From Candidatus Gastranaerophilales bacterium (GTDB taxonomy: Bacteria > Cyanobacteriota > Vampirovibrionia > Gastranaerophilales > Gastranaerophilaceae): DNA of 52,988 bases. The position numbers and the translations under genes were made by a program. Numbering within the stretch: the first letter of the stretch is position 1; each line of letters starts with the position of its first letter. The notes under the pieces are model-generated. The model saw only the letters and a list, made by a program, of their open reading frames with translations, ran no database searches and was not told where the DNA came from. Positions 18,985-28,938 of this stretch are shown piece after piece. The DNA lies in the NCBI GenBank assembly GCA_944323325.1, contig CALUSF010000001.1:1-52988 (forward strand), written 5' to 3'.

Positions 18985-19587
18985 CTACTCTGACAACATA
19001 AAGCCGCCTGACGGAACATTTTTTAACTTATCTCCGTCAATTTTGGCGCGCAAATTTTTAATATATTTATATACATAATCTCTGGGCAGATCAAGGAGTT
19101 TTGCTAAATCCTTTGCATAAACTGTTTTACCCGTATTATTTATCAAATAATCAAGAACCATTTGTTCTCTGTCAGTTAATGATTTTTTCAATACAATTTG
19201 TATTTCTTTTTTTGAAGCAACTTCTTCAACTTTATTTATAATAGTATTTTCAGATTTCTTTACCGTATTTTTTATACTCTTATCTGTCTTATTTCCTGTT
19301 GATTCCGTTGATTTTGCAAGCATTTTGCTCTTGCTTACGGAAAAAGGCGTATGAGAGATTTGACGCTCTCTTTCAAAAGCTCTTTGAGCTATTTTTGAAA
19401 AGCCGTCTTTCATACTGCTGTTAGTATTGGAAGAAGTTCCCTTTGACATTACTATATCTACTACATCGTTAGTAGACTTACTCTCTTCAACTTCTTTTCC
19501 TAATCTGGCAGCATATTCCTCTAATGTTATTTTTTCCAAAGAACTTCTCCACTGTCTTATCTCTTCCTTAGTCAAATAATTAGGCAT
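18985..19587 (-). CDS. Protein with C-terminal winged HTH
   Basis: LTDREQMVLDYL..YAKDLAKLL..VYKYIKNLRAKI..GGF; AAGGAG RBS. Confidence 0.75.
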   Translation of the reverse strand: MPNYLTKEEIRQWRSSLEKITLEEYAARLGKEVEESKSTNDVVDIVMSKGTSSNTNSSMKDGFSKIAQRAFERERQISHTPFSVSKSKMLAKSTESTGNKTDKSIKNTVKKSENTIINKVEEVASKKEIQIVLKKSLTDREQMVLDYLINNTGKTVYAKDLAKLLDLPRDYVYKYIKNLRAKIDGDKLKNVPSGGFMLSE

Positions 19588-19710
19588 TCAACATCTCCTT
19601 CACCTGTGATAGTCTAACTTAATTCCCCATAACGGATATAATTATAATGTACCATAAAATCTTTCAAAATAGTTAAAATATTTCGTGATGTAAAGATTTT
19701 TTTTCAAAGC

Positions 19711-20325
19711 TTAATAATCCTGAACAATTCTTCCCGGCAAATTATTTTGTTGCACCGTATAAAGCAAAGATTCTGCACTTTGCTTGCTTTTAAAGATTCC
19801 GACCTGTAAAGTATAGTTATTTGAACCAATACACTTTACTATCGGGTTTAGACCGCTTCCGGATTCAGTGATTATATCTTTTGCGACTTTTGCCTGTTCT
19901 GCAGATGTATAATTTCCCACAAATACCTTATATACTGGATCCGCAGCCGGCGGTTGATTTAATGACTCCGCTAGCGTTACGGTTTCTTCTGCGGGAGAAG
20001 ATGTCTGCACATCATTAGCACGACTTTGAGATTCCTCAGCAGAACTGACCGGCTTTGTCATCAAGTCACTGAAACTTCTGCCTTGATCCTCTTGCTGTAT
20101 CATCTCAAGCCTGTTATCCACAATTTTGGCAGGAATCTCCTCGGCAACCTCGGGTTCTTCCTGATAATCCCCTATTGAAGTATCCACCGTAGGAGAAAAA
20201 GACTTGATTAAAAATGTAAAAACAAGGAGCATTCCGAAAAATGAAACAATAAATATTTTTAGAAGCGGACTCTCAGTACGCGCATCTTTCTTCATATATT
20301 TCTTGTACCCGAATTGTTTTCTCAT
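19711..20325 (-). CDS. SPOR domain membrane protein
   Basis: N-terminal TM; YKVFVGNYTSAEQA and YTLQVGIFKSKQSAE half-repeats. Confidence 0.85.
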   Translation of the reverse strand: MRKQFGYKKYMKKDARTESPLLKIFIVSFFGMLLVFTFLIKSFSPTVDTSIGDYQEEPEVAEEIPAKIVDNRLEMIQQEDQGRSFSDLMTKPVSSAEESQSRANDVQTSSPAEETVTLAESLNQPPAADPVYKVFVGNYTSAEQAKVAKDIITESGSGLNPIVKCIGSNNYTLQVGIFKSKQSAESLLYTVQQNNLPGRIVQDY

Positions 20326-20327
20326 TC

Positions 20328-20882
20328 TTACACTCCCCGGACTTTTGCACTTGCAAGAGCAATGTCTTCAAGTTCTTCCGTGTATCTTCTCATTATCTCA
20401 ATCGCAAAATCTTTTATATCGGTTATTCCGAGTTCACTCGTCAAACCGGAAGCTTTTACCGGCGCACCTTCAGAAAGTATATTTAAACCGGTATGTATTA
20501 AAACGGATGTTATTGACTTAGTAGCGATAGACACTGACAGTTTTTTACGATCAATCATTAAATCATCGCCTTTTCTGACAACAAAAATGCCCCGTTCTTC
20601 CAAAAGCTCTTTTATTATGCATATCAGAAGCCGCTGTCTTAATACCCCTTCCATTAGACTGACACCGAATTGCTCCGTTATAAAACTCAGCATATATTTA
20701 CTGTATATGGGTTCGTTGTTGATAACATCCTCAATATCAACCATTTCTGCCAGCTTAACTTCACATTCCCCGCAAAATGCCACAATCGAGTCACCCTGAA
20801 TTTTAAAATTTTTATAAATCCAATGCGGTGCCAACTGCGAACCTATATATTTAATCTCTTCTTCAATAAATTTTGTTTTCAT
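20328..20882 (-). CDS. DUF366 family protein (BPL/LplA-like fold)
   Basis: Y.GSQLAPHW, MVDIED, LRQRLL, RKGDDL, KLSVSIAT, HTGLNI. Confidence 0.9.
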   Translation of the reverse strand: MKTKFIEEEIKYIGSQLAPHWIYKNFKIQGDSIVAFCGECEVKLAEMVDIEDVINNEPIYSKYMLSFITEQFGVSLMEGVLRQRLLICIIKELLEERGIFVVRKGDDLMIDRKKLSVSIATKSITSVLIHTGLNILSEGAPVKASGLTSELGITDIKDFAIEIMRRYTEELEDIALASAKVRGV

Positions 20883-21544
20883 TTCTCAAATAATATACTG
20901 ATATATTTTTCCCCGTGATTTGCGATTAGTGCATTTTTCAAATGTTTGCAAGACTCACAAACCCCGCAATGTTTTTCCCCTGAATTATAACAACTCCTTA
21001 CCATATTCAACGGGATTTCGTTATCCATTGCAATTTTTACTATATCATCCTTGCCGTAATTAATCAAGGGTGCTATAACTTTCGGCTTTTTTAAAGTTGA
21101 TGTTTCAAATACTTTGGAAATTTGGTTCCTGAATTCTTCTGTATTATCAGGGAAAGTTGCCCCTTCATCTTTATTTGCACCAAATATTATATAATCCAAA
21201 CCATAAGAATCGGCAAATGCAGCCGCTATATTTAAAAACAAACCATTTCTGTTTGGCACCCACACGGCTTGTGCACTTTCTTTCGTCCCGAGATTCTCTG
21301 TCGGAACTGCATTGTCACTTACTAATGCCGTCTTTGTGATTTCTCTAAGCCAGTCAAGTTTTATAACACGATGTTCTATACCGTAATAGGAAGAAATTTC
21401 TGCAGATGATTCAATTTCTTTGTGCGCGGATTTTTGCCCGTAATCAAACGTTAGAGCGAGGCAAATACCGTATTTATCCTTTGAATACCCTAATGCAACA
21501 AGCGAATCCAATCCTCCTGACAACAAAATTATACCTTTAGTCAT
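20879..21544 (-). CDS. queC: 7-cyano-7-deazaguanine synthase (QueC family)
   Basis: LLSGGLDS, FDYGQ, VPNRNGLFL, SCY..HCGVCESC. Confidence 0.88.
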   Translation of the reverse strand: MTKGIILLSGGLDSLVALGYSKDKYGICLALTFDYGQKSAHKEIESSAEISSYYGIEHRVIKLDWLREITKTALVSDNAVPTENLGTKESAQAVWVPNRNGLFLNIAAAFADSYGLDYIIFGANKDEGATFPDNTEEFRNQISKVFETSTLKKPKVIAPLINYGKDDIVKIAMDNEIPLNMVRSCYNSGEKHCGVCESCKHLKNALIANHGEKYISILFEK

Positions 21545-22496
21545 CGCAAGTTTCCTCTTCTTCATATTCTTTCAGCATAGAAGCCGCCTCCGTTTTCAAA
21601 AACTCTGAATATCCGGGAAGCGATATAACTTCGTCAAGGATATCGCGTCCTATCATATTATACAGAGCAATAAGAGCATTTCTCTTTACTTCGTCATTCT
21701 CATCTTTCAGCATAGGTCTAATTAACGCCTCTGACTCATCATACTCACTGTTCATAAGTGCTTCTATTGCATTTATTCTGACAAGCGGCGAAGAATCCAT
21801 CAGAGAATTCTTTAATACCCTGAATACTTTACCGTTATTAATACTTATTTTCCCTAAAGCCTCTACAATTTTTTCTTTAAGAAACGAGAATTTATCCCAA
21901 AGGCCTTGTTTTGCTTCCATAACATCTACAAGCGGATCTATAGCGCTGGTATCACCCAGCAGTCCCAGTGCAAATGTAGCCGATTCTTTGACATAAACGG
22001 ATTTTTCCTCTTCATCTTTCACCACATCTATTAAAGGCTTAACCGCAAACCTGTCGCCGATACGTCCCAAAGCATCAGCACATGCAAGACGTATTTTATA
22101 ATTTTCACCCTTGTTATTCAGGCAATACAAAAGAGCCTCAACCGTAGAAGAGTCTTTATAGTTTGAAATTTCTTTTGCACACATAACCCTGACATTAATA
22201 AGAGCGTCCGAATCACTTATATTGTTTGTCTTCAATAAAAGTAAATCCAATAGTATTGAAAGCGTTGATGATGACTTATAAGAATCTGAAAACCTTATTA
22301 CGTTTATAAGAATTTCCGCTTCCGACAGATTTAGCAGCAAATAATTATAAATTTCCACAACCTCGGATTTATCGTAAAATTCTTCCAGCTTGGCAATATT
22401 CTTAATGACATTCGGCGGAGACTCCTTTCCCACTCCGCACTCTTCAACTATAACACTAAAATCCAACACTTTGTCCACCACAAAAATAACATACAA
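21537..22496 (-). CDS. HEAT-repeat protein (true start may be GTG 22433)
   Basis: Repeated R..A..ALG.IGD..AV.PL units. Confidence 0.85.
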   Translation of the reverse strand: MYVIFVVDKVLDFSVIVEECGVGKESPPNVIKNIAKLEEFYDKSEVVEIYNYLLLNLSEAEILINVIRFSDSYKSSSTLSILLDLLLLKTNNISDSDALINVRVMCAKEISNYKDSSTVEALLYCLNNKGENYKIRLACADALGRIGDRFAVKPLIDVVKDEEEKSVYVKESATFALGLLGDTSAIDPLVDVMEAKQGLWDKFSFLKEKIVEALGKISINNGKVFRVLKNSLMDSSPLVRINAIEALMNSEYDESEALIRPMLKDENDEVKRNALIALYNMIGRDILDEVISLPGYSEFLKTEAASMLKEYEEEETCDD

Positions 22497-22551
22497 TAAA
22501 AAAGTTTATTTAGCAATCATATCGGGGGTTTGAGTCAAAAATTCAGGCAAA

Positions 22552-22627
22552 TTGTCTTAACAAAAGTTTACAAATTAAAGCAAAAAAGGCAATTTTTTAA
22601 AATTGAAATACTTTATATATACATAAG
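22552..22627 (+). promoter_or_regulatory. Conserved upstream element, copy 2
   Basis: 63/76 ungapped identity with 3685-3760. Confidence 0.8.
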
Positions 22628-22650
22628 CAGATTATATAAAGGAACATGCA

Positions 22651-22854
22651 ATGAAAGAAGAAGAATTATACGCTACAATGTCAGTTATCGCAGATCCGGT
22701 TAATAATGTTTATAAACTTGATTCTCGTAAAGATGTAGAAGAAATTCAAAGAATTTGCAGAATCTTCGCTATCGCTGAAAAACAGGCTAACAAACATAAA
22801 ATGCTTTCAATTAAAAACCTTGCAACATTTAAGCTTGTTTTAAGCAATAACTAA
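22651..22854 (+). CDS. Small protein (67 aa) with DPVNNVYKLDSR motif
   Basis: AAAGGA RBS; between conserved element and terminator. Confidence 0.75.
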   Translation: MKEEELYATMSVIADPVNNVYKLDSRKDVEEIQRICRIFAIAEKQANKHKMLSIKNLATFKLVLSNN

Positions 22855-22873
22855 TACAAATTTCTATACTCTT

Positions 22874-22906
22874 AAAAATCGGCTTTTTGATAAAAAGCCG
22901 ATTTTT
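22874..22906 (+). terminator. Intrinsic terminator
   Basis: AAAAATCGGCTTTTT-gat-AAAAAGCCGATTTTT. Confidence 0.9.
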
Positions 22907-22978
22907 GTATTTATAGTTCTATTTTTATGATAAAATAGTTTAAGTGGTTATAAAGTTAGCTTGAAAGGAATTAATGAA

Positions 22979-23776
22979 ATGGAAAAATTAGCAGATATCG
23001 GTGTTTTCGGCGGTTCAGGTTTTTATAAATTTTTAGATGATATCAAGGAAGTTAAAATCGAAACACCGTACGGAATGCCTTCCGATAGTCTGTTTATCGG
23101 CAAAATAGGCTCGCATAATGTAGCATTTATGCCGCGTCACGGCAGAAGCCACACTATACTGCCGCATTTAATTAATTACAGAGCTAACGTTTGGGCAATG
23201 AAAGAAGCCGGATGTAAACGGGTAATTTCGCCTTGCGCGGCAGGAAGTCTGCAAAAACGTGTTGAGCCTGGACATTTTGTTATTTGCGACCAATTTGTAG
23301 ATTGGACGGATGGAAGAAAAACAACCTTTTTCGAAGGCCCTATAGTTACACACCCGTCAGCAGCCGAAACATATTGTCCGGAATTAAGAAAACTTGCAAT
23401 TGAAACCGCTAAAGGACTGGGGATTAAAGTTCACGAAACGGGAACTGTTGTTGTAATAAACGGGCCGAGGTTTTCAACCAAGGCCGAATCCAAGTTCTTT
23501 ACATCGCAAGGATGGGAAGTTATTAATATGACAGCATTTCCGGAAGCCTACCTTGTTAAAGAAATGGATATGTGCCCTCTGAACATCTCCTTAATTACTG
23601 ATTATGATGCCGGTCTTGTCGGTGATGTTCCGCCGGTCTCTCATCACGAAGTTATACAGGTGTTTAATAATAATCTTGATAATTTGAAAAAACTTTTATT
23701 CACTATGATAGAGAAAATACCTGCAGAAAATAATAACTGTGAATGTGCAAATACAAGAAAAGCTTCACAACTTTAA
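22979..23776 (+). CDS. mtnP: S-methyl-5'-thioadenosine phosphorylase
   Basis: GVFGGSG, ETPYG.PS, PRHG..H..PH.INYRAN, GPRFSTKAES, INMT, TDYD. Confidence 0.92.
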   Translation: MEKLADIGVFGGSGFYKFLDDIKEVKIETPYGMPSDSLFIGKIGSHNVAFMPRHGRSHTILPHLINYRANVWAMKEAGCKRVISPCAAGSLQKRVEPGHFVICDQFVDWTDGRKTTFFEGPIVTHPSAAETYCPELRKLAIETAKGLGIKVHETGTVVVINGPRFSTKAESKFFTSQGWEVINMTAFPEAYLVKEMDMCPLNISLITDYDAGLVGDVPPVSHHEVIQVFNNNLDNLKKLLFTMIEKIPAENNNCECANTRKASQL

Positions 23777-23785
23777 GGAGATGAA

Positions 23786-24049
23786 ATGATATCAAGAGCG
23801 GTCAGTACTTTATTTTATTTCTACTATTTATTAATAATTATTAGAATATTTTTAAGCTGGATACCGTCAATTGATTGGATGAGCCAGCCTTTTGCGGGAA
23901 TACGTTCCGTTACGGATCCTTTCCTAAATATATTCAGAGGAATTATTCCGCCGATAGGCATGCTTGATATATCTCCGATTGTAGCTATCATCCTTTTGCA
24001 AATTTTGCAGGGATTAATTGTTGGATTTCTTAACAATTTAGGTTTATGA
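23786..24049 (+). CDS. YggT family membrane protein
   Basis: RIFLSW..TDPFL..FR.IIPP.G.LDISP. Confidence 0.93.
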   Translation: MISRAVSTLFYFYYLLIIIRIFLSWIPSIDWMSQPFAGIRSVTDPFLNIFRGIIPPIGMLDISPIVAIILLQILQGLIVGFLNNLGL

Positions 24050-25635
24050 CAGATTTAAAAACTATACAAAAAGCAATAGCGCTTACAAAAGCAGGACATA
24101 TTAGTGAAGCGGAAGCTATATATCATAGGTTATTGGAAGAAACTCCGGAAGATTTTAACCTGCTCTCTGTTATCGGGTTATTCTATGTAAATATAAAAGA
24201 CTACGAAAAAGCAAGTGAATTTTTATTGAAAGCTTGTTCAATCAAAGAAACACTGGGTACTCTATCCGCTTTAGGTTTTGCTGAATATGAGAAACAGGAT
24301 TATAAAAAAGCTGCCGAATACCTTGAAAAATCTTTGAAATACGGTGATAATGCAGATATTTATAATAAACTTGCCGAAAGTCTTTTTGAAATTAAAAATT
24401 ATAAAAAAGCTGTCGAAATTGCTGATAAAATGTACGAACTTTACCCGCAGGACATCCGTGCTATTGCAAATAAGGTTAAAGCGTTGACCCAATCCGGCAA
24501 ATTGATGGAAGCTGAAAAACTCTGTACTCAGACTTTAAAAGAAAATATGGGTACCGCATTATTATGGCATCAGCTTGGATATTTAAAAGAACTAATTTAC
24601 TCAGATGATTATCAGGCAAGAGAATGTTATAAAGCAGCAGCAAAATTTGGAAGTCCCGGAGCGGACTATAACATAGCCGTGAGCTGCCAAAAGCTCGGAG
24701 AATTGGATGAAGCTGTCAAGCACTATAAAAGAATGCTTGAAAAATTCCCCGGTGAAATAGAGACCGTAACATCTCTCGGGATGTGTTATCTTATGCAAAA
24801 AAGATTTAAAGAAGGGTATGAGTTATTTTTTCAGCGTGATAAATCCAATATTTTGCATAATCCGCAAAGCCAATGGCAGCCCGGAGACAGTCTGAAAGAT
24901 GAAATTGTAGTTATATGCGACCAAGGTTTCGGCGACCATATACAATTTATAAGATACGTTCCATTTTTATTTAAAAATGGTGTAAAAAAGATTAATATTG
25001 CGACAAGAAAAGCTCTAAAAGAATTGTTTACCCAAAATTATCCGGAAATCAATTTTATTGAATATTCCGAAATAAATCCAAATCTGCAAACAATGTTAAT
25101 TACTGATTTAGCCTATATTTTAGACATGGATTTTGATAATATTCCTTATCCTGAGGGGTATTTAAAAAGTGAAACAGCCGATATTCAGTCAAATAAATTA
25201 AAAGTAGGCTTATGTTGGGAAGCAGGAAGTGCAGGCATAAGAACAATGATTAACAGAACTATTCACATCAAATGTTTTGAACCGCTTCTGAATCTTGAAA
25301 ACATTCAGGTATACTCTTTTCAGAAAGATGATACTTTGGGAGGCAATGACAAATATCCTCAGATGATTAATCTTGCCAAAAATTTCAGCAATTTTTCCGA
25401 TACCGCAAAAGCTTTAAAAGCAATGGATATATTAGTAACAGTCGATACATCCGTTGCTCACTTAGCAGGCGCCTTGGGAGTAAAAACATTCTTACTTCTT
25501 CCTTATGCGGCCGACTGGCGATGGTTTAATGATACCCCAAAAACTCCGTGGTATAATAGCATTACAATATTTAAGCAGACTGATCACATATCATGGGAAG
25601 AACCAATCAATAGTATTATTAAAGAATTATGCTAG
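24046..25635 (+). CDS. TPR-repeat protein with C-terminal GT-B (GT9-like) domain
   Basis: TPR helices; DQGFGDHIQFIRY; VDTSVAHLAGALG; DWRW..TPWY. Confidence 0.88.
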   Translation: MTDLKTIQKAIALTKAGHISEAEAIYHRLLEETPEDFNLLSVIGLFYVNIKDYEKASEFLLKACSIKETLGTLSALGFAEYEKQDYKKAAEYLEKSLKYGDNADIYNKLAESLFEIKNYKKAVEIADKMYELYPQDIRAIANKVKALTQSGKLMEAEKLCTQTLKENMGTALLWHQLGYLKELIYSDDYQARECYKAAAKFGSPGADYNIAVSCQKLGELDEAVKHYKRMLEKFPGEIETVTSLGMCYLMQKRFKEGYELFFQRDKSNILHNPQSQWQPGDSLKDEIVVICDQGFGDHIQFIRYVPFLFKNGVKKINIATRKALKELFTQNYPEINFIEYSEINPNLQTMLITDLAYILDMDFDNIPYPEGYLKSETADIQSNKLKVGLCWEAGSAGIRTMINRTIHIKCFEPLLNLENIQVYSFQKDDTLGGNDKYPQMINLAKNFSNFSDTAKALKAMDILVTVDTSVAHLAGALGVKTFLLLPYAADWRWFNDTPKTPWYNSITIFKQTDHISWEEPINSIIKELC

Positions 25636-26333
25636 AACCTTTATCAAAACCTATTTGGCAAGACAACTTATGCTCATTGCTTATCAAGCACAAATGCCTT
25701 GGCAACATTAGTGCTAAAATCCATAAACTTGACGGAAAGAACAGTAATTATGTGACTTTAATTACGGATACTGCAGGAAATTGTATCGGATTTAATTCTT
25801 TTTCGATAAATACAGATTCCAAATTTTTGGAAGGCTTTGATATGAATACATATTATAAATACCGTAACAAAAATTATGGTATCGGAAGGCTAATGCGACT
25901 TATAAGTATTATGCTTATGCTTAAAAATAAGTTGAACAGTATCAAAATTTATTCACATCATACAGCGGTATATTTTCATGCAAAACATAAATTTGAACCG
26001 GCAATAACACGCTTTGAAGACAGAGATTGGGTGCTGCAAAGTATAGCGGAAGATTCAAGCCCCGAAATGGAAACCTTCAGTCAAAAAGCAAAAAATTACA
26101 TAAAAAATTTAACAAAACTTCGTAGAGTTGATATGCTGCAATCAACTCTACAGTTTACAAGCTCTTTAGCAGATAAATATATAAAGGCAGTACTAAACCT
26201 TGGCAATAATCAATATAAAGAACACCCGTTTAAATACGGCTTCGATATGCTTCTTACCAAGAATAAAATACTAAAAAATAAAGATTTTTTTGACAATCTA
26301 TTCAAACAAACGGGCATCGACTATAAAATCTAA
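25629..26333 (+). CDS. GNAT-like hypothetical protein
   Basis: YRNKNYGIGRLM (motif A-like), AVYFHAKHKFEP. Confidence 0.55.
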   Translation: MLEPLSKPIWQDNLCSLLIKHKCLGNISAKIHKLDGKNSNYVTLITDTAGNCIGFNSFSINTDSKFLEGFDMNTYYKYRNKNYGIGRLMRLISIMLMLKNKLNSIKIYSHHTAVYFHAKHKFEPAITRFEDRDWVLQSIAEDSSPEMETFSQKAKNYIKNLTKLRRVDMLQSTLQFTSSLADKYIKAVLNLGNNQYKEHPFKYGFDMLLTKNKILKNKDFFDNLFKQTGIDYKI

Positions 26334-27148
26334 ACCCCTGAGCCTTTAACATCAATTTTCTTTAATCTCTGCTCAATCCTTCTGTACCATTTTAATTTTC
26401 TTTGGAACAAAGTTTCGTACCCTTTAAACATTCCGTGACTTATTTCATTAAACTGCTTATCACAGAGTTCTTCAAGGGTTTTAGCCAGATATTCCGTATA
26501 CTCTTTTCTGTTGGGCTTATCATTGTCAAGTTCAATAATTTCACCAAATTCAACAAGAACTTCAGGCCTGTTGTCTCTTAAAAACATATAATTTACGGCA
26601 ACCGGCATGAGCGCGACTTTACCATATTTTTTTGCTGCCTTCTCCGCAACATACGTAAGCCCCGTTTGAAATTCTATCGGCCTGTAATTCGGCGGCTTAA
26701 TTATCCCCTGCGGAAACAGATAAAGAATATTGTTCGTATCTCCAAGAACATCTACTGAATACCTCAATGCTTCCATAGAAGCCTGTGGAGATTTTTTGTT
26801 AACATTAAAAGCACCACCGCGTCTTAACAGAGGAAATCTGTTTAACTCTTCCACCATAAGCCGAATTTCTTTTTTAAAAATTCGGTTACAAATATTATAA
26901 CCGACAATTCCATCCCACCAGTTACTGTGCGGAGCAAAAAGGATAACAGGAGTCTCCGGAGATTTTGTATAGAAGTTCTCGGCACCTTTATATCTTAATG
27001 CATAAAATCTGTTTTCAAGCATTCCGTAAAAAAATCTGTCGGCCACCCATAACCAGAATGGCGAAGTCTGTGCAGGCCGAAACTTTTCATCAATATTTCT
27101 TAATTTTGTAGGCGGAACCTCCGAATACAAATCCTCTAAGTTTATCAT
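26330..27148 (-). CDS. Lysophospholipid acyltransferase family protein
   Basis: PHSNWWDG (HX4D), GAF, LFPQG. Confidence 0.85.
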   Translation of the reverse strand: MINLEDLYSEVPPTKLRNIDEKFRPAQTSPFWLWVADRFFYGMLENRFYALRYKGAENFYTKSPETPVILFAPHSNWWDGIVGYNICNRIFKKEIRLMVEELNRFPLLRRGGAFNVNKKSPQASMEALRYSVDVLGDTNNILYLFPQGIIKPPNYRPIEFQTGLTYVAEKAAKKYGKVALMPVAVNYMFLRDNRPEVLVEFGEIIELDNDKPNRKEYTEYLAKTLEELCDKQFNEISHGMFKGYETLFQRKLKWYRRIEQRLKKIDVKGSGV

Positions 27149-27234
27149 ATATATATCATACACATTTAAAGCATAATTGTGAACACTTAATTGACTATTT
27201 TTAATTAAAGTTTACAATTAAAAATGGGGAAAGC

Positions 27235-28938
27235 ATGGTGAAAAAATTTTTTGGAATACTCTTTATTATTTTAGTTTTAGTAGTTTTTTATATTCAAAAA
27301 AATACTCTTATATTTGTTTATTTTAATCCATACACAAATACGTCTTCATTTCCTTATATAGGGAAAACCATAAAGTTTTTAGACAAGGCTTTTAATTACG
27401 CACAAACTTCCGCGGCAAAAGACGGATTGAAATTTAACTACTTATTTTGGAACGCCTACGGTTCAGGTTTTATTAAAGATAATAATATTCCGAACGATTT
27501 GGATTTTGCAATCGGTATAGACTTAGGAAGCTACAAATATGACGGAAAAAATACAGACAAAATCGCTTTTTCCGTAATTGATAAAATAAACGCTTTCCAG
27601 ACATCTTTTAATTTTTATATAAATACCCAGAATAATACGGAAACATTCATTACAAGAACACCGTTTGAGCTTCAATATATTATTTCCAAACAATATGACA
27701 ATGATGTAAAAAACTTTTCGGAAAATTTGGATAAAGCTCTTTCCGGGGAAAATTACATAAATTATACCCAAAAACAAATCGAAAATTTGAATCTTGACAT
27801 TCCGTATATTATGAAATCACACGAAATACTTCTTGAGAATCGCGAACCTATAACTTTATACAGCAATTTAGTAAAGTACAATGCCTTTATGCCTCAATAT
27901 AAACGCGAAATCTCAATAATTCCGGAATTTTTTATTAATATTGTATACAAAGGAAAAAATAATTTTATAGAAATTGTTCCGGAATCATTTGTAGGAGAAA
28001 GGCTTCAGCTTTCAAGAAGGTTCTTTGCTTCTACGGTATTTATACACAATTCTTCAATTCCGTTTTTGAAAAACTTGCCTTACATAAACAATGACACGGA
28101 ATATTTGTTTTACAGAATGTTGTCATTTAGAAGGCATTTGCAGGAGATAAACAATATACTGGTTACAGAAGACCGACCGGTTAAGCTGCTTAAACGATTA
28201 AAACAAACGGCTGATATGATATCACCGGTGCTGTCTCCTAAAATGTACAACGAAATTTCTGAATTTACCGCTCAAAACCTTGCCAATAAAGACATCCAAC
28301 TGCTAAATGAATACTCCAATATATGTGGAAATATATTGAATATTATGGAACATACAAAATTATATTCGAAGATGAAACAAAGTGGTGATATTGATTATAT
28401 GTACAACATCCTGTATTTAACCCTTGATACACTTGATCAAAGAGGAAATGTTGATAAAAGAGCTATTCAGATTATGCGGGATTTTGCAAATACAAAAGCA
28501 GATAATATTAGCAGGGAGGAATTGCTTGAAAAATATGAAAAAGTAAATAATGAGATTGTAAAAGCAATATATTCCCAAATGAGTGATAAATCAAAAATTG
28601 AAAGATATATTGCGATATTCAATCAAATATACATAGATGCCGGATACCATAAAGTTTCTTTATACTGGCTGGATAAAAACACCATTGGTATATTAAAAGA
28701 TGATTTTACTAAAAATATAAAAGACTTTAACGATTTTGCAAAACAGAATAACCTAGTAACAATTAATTATAAACTTATTAAGCCAGAACAAGCGCCTTCT
28801 TTAACATTAAGGTATGACATACTTGCAAGATACAATTCAACAGAAGATGAAAATAAAGAGTATGAAAGATTTAAAGAGAAGCTGCTCAAAGACAGAGCAA
28901 ATTTCACCATTAAAGAAAAGTTTGTAATTCTTAAGTAA
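27235..28938 (+). CDS. Membrane-anchored hypothetical protein with nucleotidyltransferase-like motif
   Basis: N-terminal TM; AYGSGF..PNDLDFAI. Confidence 0.55.
   Translation: MVKKFFGILFIILVLVVFYIQKNTLIFVYFNPYTNTSSFPYIGKTIKFLDKAFNYAQTSAAKDGLKFNYLFWNAYGSGFIKDNNIPNDLDFAIGIDLGSYKYDGKNTDKIAFSVIDKINAFQTSFNFYINTQNNTETFITRTPFELQYIISKQYDNDVKNFSENLDKALSGENYINYTQKQIENLNLDIPYIMKSHEILLENREPITLYSNLVKYNAFMPQYKREISIIPEFFINIVYKGKNNFIEIVPESFVGERLQLSRRFFASTVFIHNSSIPFLKNLPYINNDTEYLFYRMLSFRRHLQEINNILVTEDRPVKLLKRLKQTADMISPVLSPKMYNEISEFTAQNLANKDIQLLNEYSNICGNILNIMEHTKLYSKMKQSGDIDYMYNILYLTLDTLDQRGNVDKRAIQIMRDFANTKADNISREELLEKYEKVNNEIVKAIYSQMSDKSKIERYIAIFNQIYIDAGYHKVSLYWLDKNTIGILKDDFTKNIKDFNDFAKQNNLVTINYKLIKPEQAPSLTLRYDILARYNSTEDENKEYERFKEKLLKDRANFTIKEKFVILK

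Noticed and set aside
20314-20799. 161-aa plus ORF
   Set aside because: Antisense to DUF366.
17889-22496. A complete Dpd, Qat or CBASS defence island
   Set aside because: No tgt/dpdA, QatA/B/D, cyclase or nuclease genes seen; kept only as lower-confidence findings.
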